Translations under genes and position numbers: made by a program | Assembly: GCA_002269645.1 (NCBI GenBank) | Contig: NIVC01001557.1 | Span: forward strand, 186,001-250,000 | Direction: 5' to 3' | Length of the DNA stretch: 64,000 nt | From: Macrostomum lignano | Taxonomy: Eukaryota | The notes under the pieces: model-generated | The model's input: the letters and a program-made list of their open reading frames with translations, nothing else | Told to the model about the DNA's origin: nothing | Databases searched by the model: none | In this document: positions 24,301 to 37,200 of the stretch, one piece after another | How positions within the stretch are numbered: the first letter of the stretch is position 1 | Layout of the letters: each line of letters begins with the position of its first letter

Positions 24301-26324
24301 TGTACACTGAGCTAGCAACAGTGTATTGTGTTAAGGAATTTACCATATAGCTAGGCCATTTGACAAAAAAGTTGACAAGTTTACTAGCACCCAAGAGTAT
24401 GACCAACATGTAAAATGGTATAACATGTACAACACACACAATGGCTAGTCTTAATGCAGAATAGAAATTTCCATCGTATATTTATCTTTCAGCACTATAG
24501 TTGCATTATGCTTAATTCATAATTGTATATGCCTATTTATGAATTAGTAGATCTAAATTTGGATTTGTGCATATTTCATTGATTTTATAGTCTACTAGTC
24601 TATTTTTTGAATAGCCTTCTGCCATGTTTTAAGTTTCCACTAAAACTAGCTAACCATAGGCCTATATATATGCATATGCCTAACACTGTAGCTGACATGG
24701 CCAAAAGGCCAATTAGGCCAGGTGGCAAGAGGTCTTGCAAAGATAAATTGCAAAAACATTGACCCAAGAATGGAAACATAATACTAATTAGATGATGCAA
24801 TATTTAGCCTAAATGATATAATCATTTAACATTATTACTTTTGTCATTTACCAAAAATTATATTTAGGTTTCTTTTATAGGAAAGGATAAGTCATATTTT
24901 AGTCAAAAAGTAAGTTGCATGGCTGATATAAATCAGGGAGTTTCATATATAAGTAACCAATGGTCAAGCAGGGACTTGATACTAATGTCAATGAATCATA
25001 GGCCTATATAATAATACACATATGCACTTCTTGAATTTTCATATAAATAGAAGTATTGTCATTTTTGCTAATGTGCAATTCTATGAATGTGATGGTTGTA
25101 GGTTTAAGGATATAATGCTAAATCTCTACCTATAAAAATAAAAACTCAATGTGTGTCTGTTTGTAGACAATTTTGTTTGCTATGAACTCCCAAACCGCTC
25201 AACCAAATTACACCAAATTTTGTACCCACCCTAAACTCACTATGGAGAATGTCTTAGGCTACCTTTGAATTTCCTAAATTGAGTCTTCCTACCTAAAAGT
25301 ACAAAAAACTGCTCAAAATGCACAATTTTTTTTCACTAAACCCTCCATAGCGCTGCTCTACTTCTACCAATTCCCTTCAAATTTAACACAGACAATCTTC
25401 AACTATTTAGGCACAATCATGTAAAATTTCGAGTCTCAAAGTTAATCCTGAGCAGTGCTGTGCACTTTTAAAGTTAGGCTGTTTTTTTCAGCGTAGCAAC
25501 CACCTTAACTGTCTGCCTGCCTCTCTTTCCCAATCCCAATCTGGGCCCAATATGTGTAAAATGGGTTTCAAAATTGACTAACTTTTAGCTGCTATAAGTT
25601 TGCTCCACATAAAGCAATTGACTTTAAAGTTGACACAATTCTTCATTGACTCATTCTTTATCTAAATGTAAAGTTTCAACTCTAACTCAACCAAAAAAGA
25701 AACTCTAAGCATGTGAAGTTTGTTTGATTTTTCTGTTGTTTGTGGCACTCACTCACTCATTCCCCCAGAGCCAGACCAAGGGTCAGGTGATAGGGCTGAA
25801 TGTACATGGCAGTGTACAATGTTTTGGGATAGCTTTGTTTATGGCCTTCTCTGCACCCCCTGTGGAGAGGCTACGTTTAGCCATCCATAACAGTTTAGTG
25901 AGAAATTCTAACCACTGTCCTCTGTATAGGCAAACTCTGTAGCAGTTTAACAGTGGATGGCAAATCAAGGTAATCTAGCATGGTTTGTAAAAGTGAAAGA
26001 TTTATAAAAAGGCAATGCAATGCAATAAAACCCTATTAAATTAGTCACACCATAGAAATTTAAGGTTTCTCTTAAGGTACTTTAAAATTTAAATGGCCTA
26101 AGAAATGCGTATTTCTTTGGTTGTTAGACTGATGCAGACTGCAGTGGAGCTGAAGATACACAAATTCTTTTCAGGGCTTGCAAATTGGCAAGAAAGATGA
26201 CATGATCAAAGCATGAGAACAGCCATGAGAGTACTACGTCCCACAAACTGGCTTTCCAAGCAGGAATAGGCAGACTTTTACCTCAAAGGCCAGAAAAGAA
26301 TCCTGCTTATGGCTGAAGGGCAGT

Positions 26325-27280
26325 TGAGAGTGGAGAGAAAAAGAAATAGACTATTTGAAAAGAGAGGAGAGATGATAGAGAGAATAAGAGAAAAGATAAA
26401 ATATAATAAGAGAGTGAGGACGATGAGAGGAGACAGTAGAGAGGAGCAAGTAAAGGAAAGAGTAGAGTAGTGAGTGGAGAAGAGAGAATAGAGGAGTGAG
26501 TAGAGAGCAAAGAGAGCTGCAGATGAGAGGAGAGCAGAAAGAAGAGCAGAGAGGAGTTAGTAAAAAGGAGAAAGGAGAGATGAGAAAGTAAATGGAAAAG
26601 AGAAGAGATAAGGTTGTACAGATGAGAGAGGTGTAAGGAGAGATGAGAGATAAAGGAGGAGAGTGGAGAGAGAAGAGACAAGACAAGAGGGAGAGAGTAT
26701 ATAGAAGAGAAAAAAAGAAGAGAAGAAAGGAGAAAGGAAAGTGAGGAGACAAAAGAGGTGAAAGAAAAGAGTACAGAGGACAGAATGAAAGAACATATTA
26801 GACAGTAAAGATGACAATTGAAAGAGAGGGGATGAGCTGAGAGCAGAGACCAAAATGAACAGATAAGAGATGGGAGAGTAGAGAGAACAGAGGAGAGATA
26901 AGAGAGAAGAGATTACAGAGACCAAAGGAGAGACAAAGGGAGAGAAGTGAGTGAGGCAAGAGAAATGAAAATTAAGAGATAAAAGAGAAAAGAGAGAAGA
27001 GAAAGGAGAGATCAGAGAGCAAATAAAGACGAGAAAGAAGAGAGGTGAAGGAAAAGACGAGAAAAGAGTGGGAGAAGAGGAAAGAGAAAAGAAGAGAAGA
27101 GATGAGATAAGAGAGATGAAAAAGAAGAGAAATGAGGGAAGATACGAGAGAAGAGGGGAGAAAGGAGAGAGGAAAAAGAGAAGAGAGGAGAGGAGAGAGA
27201 GCAGAAAGGAGAGACGAGGGACGAGGGACGAGAGAGAAGAGAAGAAACAGAAGAGAAGATAGAAGTATCAAAGGATTCAA
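26325..27280. repeat. AG-rich low-complexity tract (mirror of 1975-2930)
   Basis: Reverse complement of the CT-rich tract with a few substitutions. Confidence 0.9.
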
Positions 27281-30200
27281 GGGATGTAGGGAGAGTCAGA
27301 GGCCAGAGTTTGCTAATACATATTTTAGAGTCCAACAAACATTAATTGCCTATTTAAAGTAAAAAGCACCCTAGCCAACAATATCAATGTTTGCCTCAAA
27401 TCCTAATTTTATGCGAATGTACTCCATTTTGTTTACCTCTATCCTACTAACTATTAACAAGCTTTTGTTTGAGTGTGACTTCAGATAGTAGAATACATGC
27501 AAAAATAGTTCCGGGGATGGGAAACCACGGGTTCAAAATCCACAGGTTTCAATAGCTTGTTGTAATATGAAAAAAGGTCATTAACATTAGTTTTTTATCC
27601 TAAAATAACAAGTCTGCATTGTAGTTTTTAAAAAAAATTTTTGGAACTTTAATTTTTTTTGAAAGCAAATGGGACACAGTGTGAGTGTGATGGTTGTAGC
27701 CATAGAAACATGCCTATATGGAGACAAAAAATGCTTTTGAATTCCTGTGAATTTTGGTTGCCTAATCATCTAGTGGTTTTTTTTCTAAAAAATAATGTAT
27801 ATACCTACTGTAAAACACAAAGAATGGGATGATTTGCTTGTTTGGATTTTTTTTATTCAACTTGTTTAACTGTGACAGTTGTAACCTTTGATGTTAGTAA
27901 TCAGTGAAGTCTATGTAATTGGAATGCAACCACATGGTCCACACTGACTGTCTCTATATATTATGGCAATAACCCACATGGAGCTAAAGCCTATGGCTAT
28001 CTGTAAGCTATCTTTATTTTAATCTGCTCATTTGCATATTGCTTGAGTGTTGCTGACTGTTTATTGCATCAAGTCATAGCACATTGCAGGTCTTACAATG
28101 GACAATGGACTGTATCACAATGATATAGGTGGAGGACCCACAACTCTTTGTTTTTGAATTTCACAAACTTCGAATTTTTGGTAAACGGCAGGAGTAATGT
28201 AGGCTATATTATCAAGGCTGAATGCCTCGTCATCTAATCGTCATCTACGTGCAGATTGCTTGCTTTTTTCAGGTGAGCATTTTTGCAATATACCTTGGCT
28301 GGGCCACTTGCCTGCCAGCCAGATCTTTCAGCTTGCCCAGGTGTTGCGCATGTATAATATCTCTCAAGTCCCTTCAATAGTTTTTTTAGTTTAGAGTACT
28401 ATTGAATAAAACAGAATTCATTGTTTAAAAAATCTGTAATTTCTTATTCTGTATATAGAATAGATATGTATGTATGTATATATATATATATATTTTAGAT
28501 TTTTAGCATATGATATAATTTGTGAGATTATGAAAGGGTATGAATAGAGTATGATAAAAATAAACTAGGTTGTATTGTATAATAGTTTGTATTATGACAT
28601 ATCAACTTTGATTTTGGAATTTTGAATTTTGATCCTAGATGCCAAAATTGCATTTCATAAAGCTTTATTTCATGGTGGAAAGTGAGTAGGCTTCAGTTTT
28701 TTATTATTGATTAAATATTATATAAATTTCTATACTATAGCATGAATCTCTTTTAAGCATATTGAACAGTAAGAGTTGGTAGCAAATGTTTAAATCATTA
28801 ATGTTAAAAGGTTTTCTCTAATAGTCTAAGCTAAATAAAGTTTTATTTTAATCTTTAGATTTTAGAAAAAAGTTAAAACTCAAGTATAATAACTAAGGAC
28901 CACAAAATAGTGGCTATGAGGGATTAAATATTTTAGCACTAAACTAAAGGAGACATACCATCAATGGAACCTAAAGTTTAAGATTGGAATATATTAGGAG
29001 CACAGATAAATGAGCATAGAATTTAGCAACTCTTATTATAAAAAAATCAGCATTATTTTACCTCACCTCACTACTTGCTTTTGTTAGTAGGATAATCACA
29101 ATTTTTGCTTTCTTTGCTAGTGTTTTTTGTTATATTATATCAATTATTTAGTTGGTGAGAATCAGTCTCATGTTTTAGGCATGCATTGTGGGTCAATAAT
29201 TGATCTACTTGCATCTGTTTGGGGTAAGTCATAAAATAATAAGAAAATTCCCAAATTGGTAATTTTAGGCCTGTGGCTGTCACGTAAACTTGTTTATAAT
29301 GCCGTTCTAGTTGAATCTATTTGAACTCAACTTTATGTGGACGTTGTTGGCCCAAGTCAGTAGGTAGTTACTGTTTTGAGTCTGAGGATAGTACAAGCAA
29401 GAGAGGGGCAGATGTGGTGGTAAATGAGTTGTTTACACGTGTTCTTAGATGTTAATTTGTCTGGATGTGAAGCTGTGGGCGTGAGTCCGGTCTCTCTCCA
29501 CTCTATTCCCGTGTAGTCCTAGTTGAATTCTAATGGCCCCAGCTGCTTTGCCATTCTCTCTGTGTCTCCTGCCTCTCTCTAGTCCTCACTTTCAATCATT
29601 CAGCAGCTGCCTGTGTTTGGCTAATCAACAATACTCCTCTCCCCTTCGCATCTATATTCGACCTACTCCCGCGCTCTATGGATGTTTTGGCTGGGCAATA
29701 GAGAGAAATATGGAGATTCACTAGGCTAGCAGTCACGTGAAAGCTGGCGCCCAGTCTCAAGGGGAAGAAATTTTCTCTTCCCCAGGAGTTTGTCCTCAGC
29801 AACCCAGTTGTACAGCCGAGCGCACTTGCCGCGCTCCGCTCTCTCTCTGGCTGCCTGTCCATCCCCCATCCCAGTCAGAGTTCTCTTTCAGTAGGAGGGG
29901 ATATTGAGGATGTACTTCTGCGTACCGAATTGGGGAAGGAAAGAAAGGCTTATTTGCTTAGGCACTTCAATCTTGTGCAGCAGAATTGAGCACTAAGCTA
30001 TTGCTAGCTCTGGGAGCAGTCTGGTGTGGCGACTGTTCTTCTTCTGCCTGCTCTCTTCCCTTGCCCTTCCCCGCTCCCTTTCTCCTATAGGCGAGGAGGA
30101 GATCGGGGAGTGGGTCTCTCTATGCGCTCGGCTCGGGGCGTGCCCTCAGCCGGCCGGAGACCAAAGCGAGCCAGACGGAGTGAAAAAGAGGAGGCGGCGA

Positions 30201-31201
30201 AGGCGAGGTCTAGAAATGAAATGAAAGGAAGATACACAAAAATATTTATGTCCTTTTCTTCTATCAGCTCACCAAAATCCCAATTTGGGGGGGGGGTGAG
30301 GGATTTTTTAAAGGAGAGAGCGAGGCGAGAGCGCAGGCGGTGCCGTCTGATTTGCCAGTCTAGAATGTCGGGGCAGGCGGGTTATGGGGTCCAGTAGAGA
30401 CGGAGCTTTCCCATTGGCTGTGGGGGTTTAAGAGTGCGTCTGGACTGTGCCAAATTCCGAACTAGCGATAATTTTTGTTGAAGTCTTATCACACTTCACC
30501 GCTGCACCGCTTTACATAAAACGATTTTGATTCAAGTAAGTTCTAGTAGAGTTTTTATTGCTTTGTATTTTTGCTGTACTGTGCATGTGGACACCTAAAG
30601 CTGTAATTCTGCACAGAGAACAGAATAATACAGTTCTCTAGAGTTTCATAATAAAAACAGACATCCACAGTATCTATGAGAAATGTTAATTCATTCTCGT
30701 GAATAAAGTACATTGTGAACTTGCTTTAACAAAACAAAACTTGCTTTGCAATTGTAATTGGGTAATTAATCCTAACAATCGGCTTTAAGTTGCCAGCTCC
30801 AGAGTGTGTTATTAATTTAGTGCTCTCTGATTCGGGTGCAGAGGTGGTGGCTGCTGTTCTCGAGTGCCCCCAGTGTTGGTTGATAGCCTTTCGTATGAAG
30901 TAGCGGTAGCGGTGTCTTATTTATCAAATATTATTCATGCCCTCATATGCAGTGGGCGGAGCGGCCGCCGAGAGTGGGCTGCTCAGGTCAGGCCCAGTGC
31001 TGAGAGTCCACTCTAATAAACCTGCGCTATTTTCATGTTTTGAGTCTTTTTTTGCACCCCGCCGCTCTGCATCAGGCCAGCCTCCATTGCTCTATGCTGC
31101 TTTCCTATTTTGAATTTGCAGATCTGCAATTTGCTTAAATTTAATTTGACCTCCCGATGCTGCCCGGCCGCTGAGCTGCCAGCCAGCCTCGCCAGTTCGT
31201 G

Positions 31202-34200
31202 ATGGAGGACACCGCCTCGCTCAAGGACAGCTCGATGACCATCGTTCAGGCCGCTGATAGCACCATCGCCTTCGCCTATATCAAGGAGGTCCAAGCCAAG
31301 AAAAAGCGCTTCTTTGTGCTCAAGTCGCAGCCAAGACGCAGCTCGTTAACTAACGAGTTTGAGTCTGGTAAATCCACTCTGAACCTGCCGCCGAGGTACT
31401 TTCTGTACGCCTATAAGAATAAGAAGTGCTACGAGAGAGGCGAGCCAAAGCGAGTTTACGACTTGGCCAACGTCATCCTGCTGTCCAGAAGCACTAAGAA
31501 AGCAAATCAGACTATTCTGGGCGTTTGTCTTCAGGTTTGTCATTTGGGAAATTAATTTCCCTCCCCCCCATGCATATCCTCTGTGTTGCTGGGTTCTTGC
31601 CGGAAGCAGCCGGGTCTTGTGAGAGAAATCGATCTTCTGCTTTTGCTAAACCAAATTAATTTTCCTTTTAGAAGCCCTGACGTCTTCTTTCAGAAACAGC
31701 ATGTCTTTCAGAAACAGCATGTCTTCTTTCAGAAACAGCATGTCTTCTTTCAGAAACAGCATGTATTCTTTCAGAAACAGCATGTCTTCTTTCAGAAACA
31801 GCATGTCTTTTTTCAGAAACAGCATGTCTTCTTTCAGAAACAGCATGTCTTCTTTCAGAAACAGCATGTCTTCTTTCAGAAACAGCATGTCTTTTTTCAG
31901 AAACAGCATGTCTTTTTTCAGAAACAGCATGTCTTCTTTCAGAAACAGCATGTCTTTTTTCAGAAACAGCATGTCTTTTTTCAGAAACAGCATGTCTTCT
32001 TTCAGAAACAGCATGTCTTCTTTCAGAAACAGCATGTCTTCTTTCAGAAACAGCATGTCTTCTTTCAGAAACAGCATGTCTTTTTTCAGAAACAGCATGT
32101 CTTTTTTCAGAAACAGCATGTCTTCTTTCAGAAACAGCAGGTCTTCTTTTCGAAACAGCATGTCTTCTTTTACCCTAAAAACACCATGTCTTCTAAGCAC
32201 CGCTGTCTTCATAAAAAAATTCCCTTCTTGCCCCGGTAAAGCACGTAGTCTTCATTAAAAATTCCCTAGGTTATTATACAAACATCGTGTCTTCTTCAAA
32301 GACTATTTGATATATTTTTTTCGGCAGTTTTTTCTTCCCGTGACAGCGTGTTTTCGTTTAAAAAAACTGTTTCCCAGCTCTCTGTAATTCGAAGTATTTG
32401 TTGCCAACCGCCGCCCAGGATGAGGCACTGTACCTGGAATTCGACACGGAGGACGAGCTCAGCCGCTGGTATTTCCACCTGAACGAGATTTTCTCGGCGC
32501 AGCGCAACTGTCTATGGCCGGAACTGAAGCAGTGCGTCAACGTCACGCTGAAGAACAAAGAGCTAGCCGCCGCCTCTTCTAAGCATGGCAAGCCGAACTT
32601 ACCTGGGCAATATCGATTCTGCCTGACTGACTCGGCGGTGCTGCTAGTGAAAGACGACCTCCTTAATCCCGTGCTAAGCCTGCCGTTCCCTTGCATCCGC
32701 TCCTGTACACATTCTACTGTGTCCAATCTGCTGAAAATCGATTTGGGACGGCTGAGCCCTCTGGGCGAGGGTCTGTTGCACTTTAAGGTGAAGCTTGTTA
32801 TAATGCGCGCTTATCTGGGTAGACTAGTATGATTTTTTACATAAAGTACAAGCTGAATAGCTGCAGGTTACAAGCTGAATAGCTGCAGGTTACAAGCTGA
32901 ATAGCTGCAGGTTACAAGCTGAATAGCTGCAGGTTACAAGCTGAATAGCTGCAGGTTACAAGCTGAATAGCTGCAGGTTACAAGCTGAATAGCTGCAGGT
33001 TACAAGCTGAATAGCTGCAGGTTACAAGCTAAATTGCTACATGTTAAAGTTATAAACCCGATACTGGTGGCAAATGAAACACCCGAGGGCCTCAACTTGT
33101 GCAATTGCGAATTAACTTATTACTAATACTGTTAACAGAGTAACAGTTGCAGTCATCGCCGATATGTATCGTAAATAATTTTTTACTTTGCATTTCAGGC
33201 CGAGCAGAGCTCCCCATTCAAAGAGCTGGTGGAGCACCTGGTCCGCTGTCTGTACGAGACCGGCAGCAGAGACTTGGAGATTGTTAAAAGCAGAAAAAAT
33301 CGGCGCAATTCCCGACAGACTTCGTCGACAGTATCGGGCTCGACAGCGGATGATTATCAGGCCCAGCGACCCGCCTCGGTGCACTGCTTCAACCAGCGTA
33401 CCGCCTGCGCTCACTGCGCTGCCAGGGCGAGTGTGTGAGTGCCGTTTGAGTAGTTCATGCTTTTTTTGTCTGGCACTGAGCTAAATTTCTGTTTGTGTTT
33501 GTAAATATTACCCTCGCTTCTGAACCCTATTCTGAATGGCCCGGTGAATTCTATTGTGAATGGCACTGTGAATTCTATTGTGAATAGCCCTGTGAACCCT
33601 ATTGTGAATGGCCTTGTGAACCCTATTGTGAATAGCCCTGTGAACCCTATTGTGAATAGCCCTGTGAACCCTATTCTGAATGGCCTTGTGAACCCTATTG
33701 TGAATTGCCCTGTGAACCATATTGTGAATAGCCCTGTGAACCCTATTGTGAATGGCCCGGTGAATTCTATTGTGAATGGCACTGTGAATTCTACTTTGAA
33801 TAGCCCTGTGAACCCTATTGTGAATAGCCCTGTGAACCCTATTGTGAATGGCACTGTGAACCCTATTGTGAATAGCCCAGTGGACCCAATTGTGAATGGC
33901 CCTGTGAACCCTATTGTGAATAGCCCTGTAAACCCTATTGTGAATTGCCCTGTGAACCCTATTGTGAATGGCCCTGTGAACCCTATTGTAAATGGCACTG
34001 TGAACCCCATTGGGAATGGCCCTGTGAACCCTACTGGTAATGGCCCTATGAACCCTAATGTGAATAGCCATGTGAACCATATTTTGAATAGCCCCGTGAA
34101 CCATATTGTGAATAGCCCAGTGGACCCAATTGTGAATGGCCCTGTGAACCCTATTGTGAATAGCCCTGTAAACCCTATTGTGAATTGCCCTGTGAACCCT

Positions 34201-37200
34201 ATTGTGAATGGCCCTGTGAACCCTATTGTAAATGGCACTGTGAACCCCATTGGGAATGGCCCTGTGAACCCTACTGGTAATGGCCCTATGAACCCTAATG
34301 TGAATAGCCATGTGAACCATATTTTGAATAGCCCCGTGAACCATATTGTGAATAGCCTTGTGAAGCACATTGTGAATGGCCCTGTGAACCATATTGTGAA
34401 TAGCCCCGTGAACCATATTGTGAATGGTACTGTGAACCATATTGTGATTGGTACTGTGAAATCTCTTGTGAATGGCCCTGTGAACCATATTGTGAATGGT
34501 ACTGTGAAATCTCTTGTGAATGGCCCTGTGAACCATATTGTGAATGGTACTGTGAAATCTCTTGTGAATGGCCCTGTGAACCATATTGTGAATAGCCTTG
34601 TGAAGCACATTGTGAATGGCCCTGTGAACCATATTTTGAATAGCCCCGTGAACCATATTGTGAATGGTACTGTGAACCATATTGTGATTGGTACTGTGAA
34701 ATCTCTTGTGAATGGCCCTGTGAACCATATTGTGAATGGTACTGTGAAATCTCTTGTGAATGGCCCTGTGAACCATATTGTGAATAGCCTTGTGAAGCAC
34801 ATTGTAAATGGCCCTGTGAACCATATTGTGAATAGCCCCGTGAACCATATTGTGAATGGTACTGTGAACCGTATTGTGATTGGTACTGTGAAATCTCTTG
34901 TGAATGGCCCTGTGAACCATATTGTGAATGGTACTGTGAAATCTCTTGTGAATGGCCCTGTGAACCATATTGTGAATAGCCTTGTGAAGCACATTGTAAA
35001 TGGCCCTGTGAACCATATTGTGAATAGCCCTGTGAACCCTATTGGGTATTGCTTAGAACCTTACGAAGAATCGCCCTCTGAATCTGAAACCTTTCAAAAA
35101 CGTCCCCCCTGTAAACCCGCCCTTCTACGCAGTTCGAGTGCTGCTCAGATGAAGCCGAGCCAGTCCAGCAGCGGCCTGGGCTCCGACGGAAGCTGCAGCG
35201 GAAGTCGCGGCCTCAGCCTGCCGCCGCCAGACTGTCAATCGCAGTGTTCGTCTGCCCAGCAACAGCAGCAGCAACAGGAAGATTACTGTCTGATGGAGAT
35301 GTCTACGGGTAGCAACGATGTTGGCGGCACTGGCGGCGTCGCTTTTCGCAGTCGATCGCCGAATTCGTCGATGTCCTTGTCGACTACCAGCGAAGTGACG
35401 GGCGGTGGCGGCGGTGCGGATTCAGAGAGAGGGCCGAGTGGTAAGGAAAAATTTTCGAAGCTGGAGCTGTACATCTTTCTGCTAGGAATTTCAAAACCCT
35501 ACAAAAATCGGCCTTTAAATCACTTATGAGAATCGGCCTTCAAATCCTTGTAAAATCGGCCTTCAAAACATTATCAGAATCGGACTTCAAGACCCTATAA
35601 AAATCGGCCTTTAAAACATTATCAAAATCGATCCTTCAATCGATCGAAGAAGACCCTATGAGAATCGGCCTTCAAAACATTATCAGAATCGGACTTCAAG
35701 ACCCTATAAAAATCGGCCTTTAAAACATTATCAAAATCGATCCTTCAATCGATCGAAGAAGACCCTATGAGAATCGGCCTTCAAAACATTATCAGAATCG
35801 GTTTATGTAACCCTATGAGAATCGGCCTTCAAAAAATTATCAGAATCGGTTTATGTAACCCTATGAGAATCGGCCTTCAAAAAATTATCAGAATCGGTTT
35901 ATGTAACCCTATGAGAATCGGCCTTCAAAAAATTATCAGAATCGGTTTATGTAACCCTATGAGAATCGGCCTTCAAAACATTATCAGAATCGGCCTTTAA
36001 CTATATGAGAATAGACTTCGAAAAACCATAGAGATTAGCCTTCAAAACCCGGCGGCTACGAGAATGCTTAAATGCTTTGTTTAGCGCAAAGATTACTTAT
36101 TGTAAGCTTGTACAGCTGTTTATTATAAACTTAACATTATACAGTGTATTTATACTAAGTCCTATGTACTAATGTTTTTGCGCGCTCAACGTAAGAGGCG
36201 CGTCTGTGTGTTTTCTCTCTCTCTCTCTTTCTCTCTCTTTCTACCCTCTCCTCTCCCCAATCTCTGTGTGGGGCAGAAGCCCCATGTTTTGGCTGGCATT
36301 TCGTCTCAGCGCGCGCGCGACCGCGTGTTTTTCTGCACTTTATTCTTTAGTCCAACTTTCAGCCTGGCCCCGGCAACTAACAGATTTACATTATTATATA
36401 CGCTTAGCTAAATATAGTACTAACGCAGATATAATATAATAATTGGCATAAGCACAAATGCCAGCGTGTGAACAGGCGACCTTTCCAATTTTTTTCCGCC
36501 CTTATTGCCCTTTACTATTTTCTATATTAATTATCCGCCTTATAAAGTAGTTTACGATACATATCGGCTGCGTTTAACTGTCAATGTGCTCTTTAATTGA
36601 AATTGTTTTTATTTTTTATCGTCATGACTTCGAGTTTAACGGAACAGGGTCGGTCTAATGCCTTTATCAGGCGTTGCACTGCAGATGCCCCTTATCTATT
36701 TTCTATTTTCCCCCAAGTGCTTTTCTCACTGTCCTACGCTCCCTTGCCTGACCTAATTAGTCGTGTCTTCTAACTTGGGTGGGGGGTTGCCTTTTTATCT
36801 GCATTTGCAGTGCTAGCAGCGGCTCGGCACAACCAGCTCCTACCTGTTGTGCGGGTTCACCGTAAGCCTTTGCTTGACTCTGTATCCAATATAATATTTC
36901 TGAACCCTCTCTGTATTGTACTTTGACAGCTATTATGCATTTGTATATACCTTAACTATTCGTTAAACATCGATGTTAAATGAGCAGTCTTGTCCTCGTG
37001 TGACCTCTGACCTTTGGCAACGAATCGGTAAAGATATTTGCTTAAAGATTCAAACTGTAAATCCCCTATGCTCCGTGTAATCCAGTCCCAGCAACCTTGC
37101 TGCATCAGCGTAAACCCGCTAGATTTAACCTTTTGACCTCATTTTCAGCCGTGTCAACCGGTCACCGCGGTTTCGGTCCGGCTGACGAGCAGCTGCAGCA

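Larger units (their letters stand above)
16097..29205 (-). repeat. Right arm of the inverted duplication
   Basis: Reverse complement of 1-13933, without the MITE and with several indels in the outer ~1.9 kb. Confidence 0.97.

Noticed and set aside
1-29205. Pure read fold-back (chimeric palindrome) artefact
   Set aside because: The arms differ by a TSD-flanked MITE and many outer indels and SNPs, so they derive from two distinct sequences. A haplotig mis-join is still not excluded.
35041-35132. Alternative IRS acceptor at 35056
   Set aside because: It needs a weaker donor (GTGTGT), and 35055-35100 resembles the neighbouring 48-bp repeat unit, so it is probably intronic.
33411-35529. Long ORFs (661, 527, 502 aa) over the 12-bp array, one in frame with IRS exon 4
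   Set aside because: A 12-bp stop-free unit opens frames on both strands by construction. A canonical GTGAGT donor (33435) and a pyrimidine-rich acceptor (35132) splice the array out in frame.
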